DNA from: an archaeon GW2011_AR10
GTDB lineage: Archaea > Iainarchaeota > Iainarchaeia > Iainarchaeales > GW2011-AR10
Length of the DNA: 32,000 nucleotides
NCBI GenBank assembly: GCA_000830275.1
Contig: CP010424.1
Location: 1-32,000, forward strand
Direction: 5' to 3'
A program made the position numbers and the translations under genes. This document shows positions 31,425 to 32,000 of this stretch, piece by piece. A model generated the notes under the pieces. The model saw nothing but the letters and a program-made list of their open reading frames with translations. It was not told the origin of the DNA and did no database searches. Numbering within the stretch: the stretch's first letter is position 1; each line of letters begins with the position of its first letter.

Positions 31425-32000
31425 TCACTTTTTGTTTTTCTTTTTTTTACCTGTGCTTTTCGTTTCCTGGAGTTTCTGGATTTTTTTCTCTTTCTCTGAG
31501 AGAATTTCCCTGAGGTGCTTTAACAAGCTGGTTTTCTCTTCAAGGTCTTTCTGCATTTCCACAATGCTTTTCTTGAATTTGTTGAAAGCTTCAGTTTTCG
31601 CGTTTTCTTTTTCGTGCTCTAAATCCAGCAGTTCCTTGGAGTAGGTGCGGCGAAGCTGCAGAGTTTCATGCTCTATGTCTAACACGATTTTTTTCGCGTA
31701 GTCCCGCTCTTTTTTTAACATCAGAATCACTTCTAGCGCTTTTTTCATGAACTGGCTTGTAAGCTCCTCGGTTGCCTTTATTCTGCCATCAAGCTCCTGC
31801 TGGCTTGCAAGCAGCATCTCAACGCTTTTCCTGTTGGAGTCAAGCTCTTTTTCCAAAAGCGTTGAATGCCTTTCAAGGTTTCTGGAAAGCTCCTGCAGTT
31901 CCATTTCAAGGTCAGAGGAAGTGCCTTCCTCAAGCCTTCCAACCAATGACTTGTTCCTCAGCTCCTCGTACCTGTGCTTCAGGTTCTGGAACTCGTCCTC
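31425..32000 (-). CDS. Coiled-coil protein with a Lys-rich C-terminus (5' end outside the window)
   Basis: The frame stays open from 31946 to the window edge (EDEFQNLKHRYEELRNKSLVGR...). The sequence is heptad-like and E/K/L-rich, and ends KKKKNKK. Confidence 0.55.
   Translation of the reverse strand, partial: EDEFQNLKHRYEELRNKSLVGRLEEGTSSDLEMELQELSRNLERHSTLLEKELDSNRKSVEMLLASQQELDGRIKATEELTSQFMKKALEVILMLKKERDYAKKIVLDIEHETLQLRRTYSKELLDLEHEKENAKTEAFNKFKKSIVEMQKDLEEKTSLLKHLREILSEKEKKIQKLQETKSTGKKKKNKK

Noticed and set aside
1-32000. Looked for CRISPR arrays, IS elements, integrases/transposases, rRNA genes and phage structural genes.
   Set aside because: I found no regularly spaced short repeats and no recognisable recombinase or transposase motifs in any listed ORF. 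The island at 3.0-10.2 kb therefore cannot be called a classical mobile element from this window alone.

Overview
This is a gene-dense archaeal chromosomal fragment. Archaeal hallmarks are fibrillarin + Nop5, pantoate kinase + phosphopantothenate synthetase, a beta-CASP aCPSF-type RNase, an NMD3-like protein, archaeal/eukaryal-type GlyRS, a tRNA with an intron at 37/38, and TATA-like boxes about 30 nt upstream of start codons. Many genes overlap by 4 nt (ATGA). The small operons and very large secreted surface proteins suggest an uncultivated, possibly DPANN-like, lineage; that is inference only. All product calls come from motif recognition by eye, with no searches run.

Layout:
- 1-10.2 kb is an accessory-looking region. 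It holds a 973-aa secreted metzincin-like/CARDB surface protein, a PIN(DUF3368)/UPF0175 toxin-antitoxin pair, a K-channel-like protein with a degenerate filter, and a tight KaiC-like ATPase / V4R / UbiA prenyltransferase / geranylgeranyl-reductase cassette. It ends in a 5'-truncated paralog fragment whose last 547 nt repeat the 3' end of the big surface-protein gene.
- 10.2-19.8 kb holds two divergent GT-A glycosyltransferases, a second TA-like pair, an ITPase, an AcdB-like ATP-grasp domain, the beta-CASP RNase, NMD3, a YheC/D-like ATP-grasp gene bracketed by a 36-nt imperfect direct repeat, and an XRE-type regulator.
- 20-23 kb holds an intron-containing tRNA-Arg(CCT) and a lipobox subtilase carrying a clear Kunitz/BPTI domain.
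- 23.6-27.3 kb is one overlapping minus-strand operon: nop5, fibrillarin, pantoate kinase, phosphopantothenate synthetase and a polyprenol-kinase-like membrane protein.
- 27.4-32 kb holds GlyRS, a highly structured ~100-nt element abutting tRNA-Thr(CGT), surface/membrane proteins and a coiled-coil protein that runs off the window.

The best candidates for something new are the KaiC-V4R-UbiA-GGR cassette inside the repeat-bracketed, AT-rich island, and the Kunitz-subtilase fusion.
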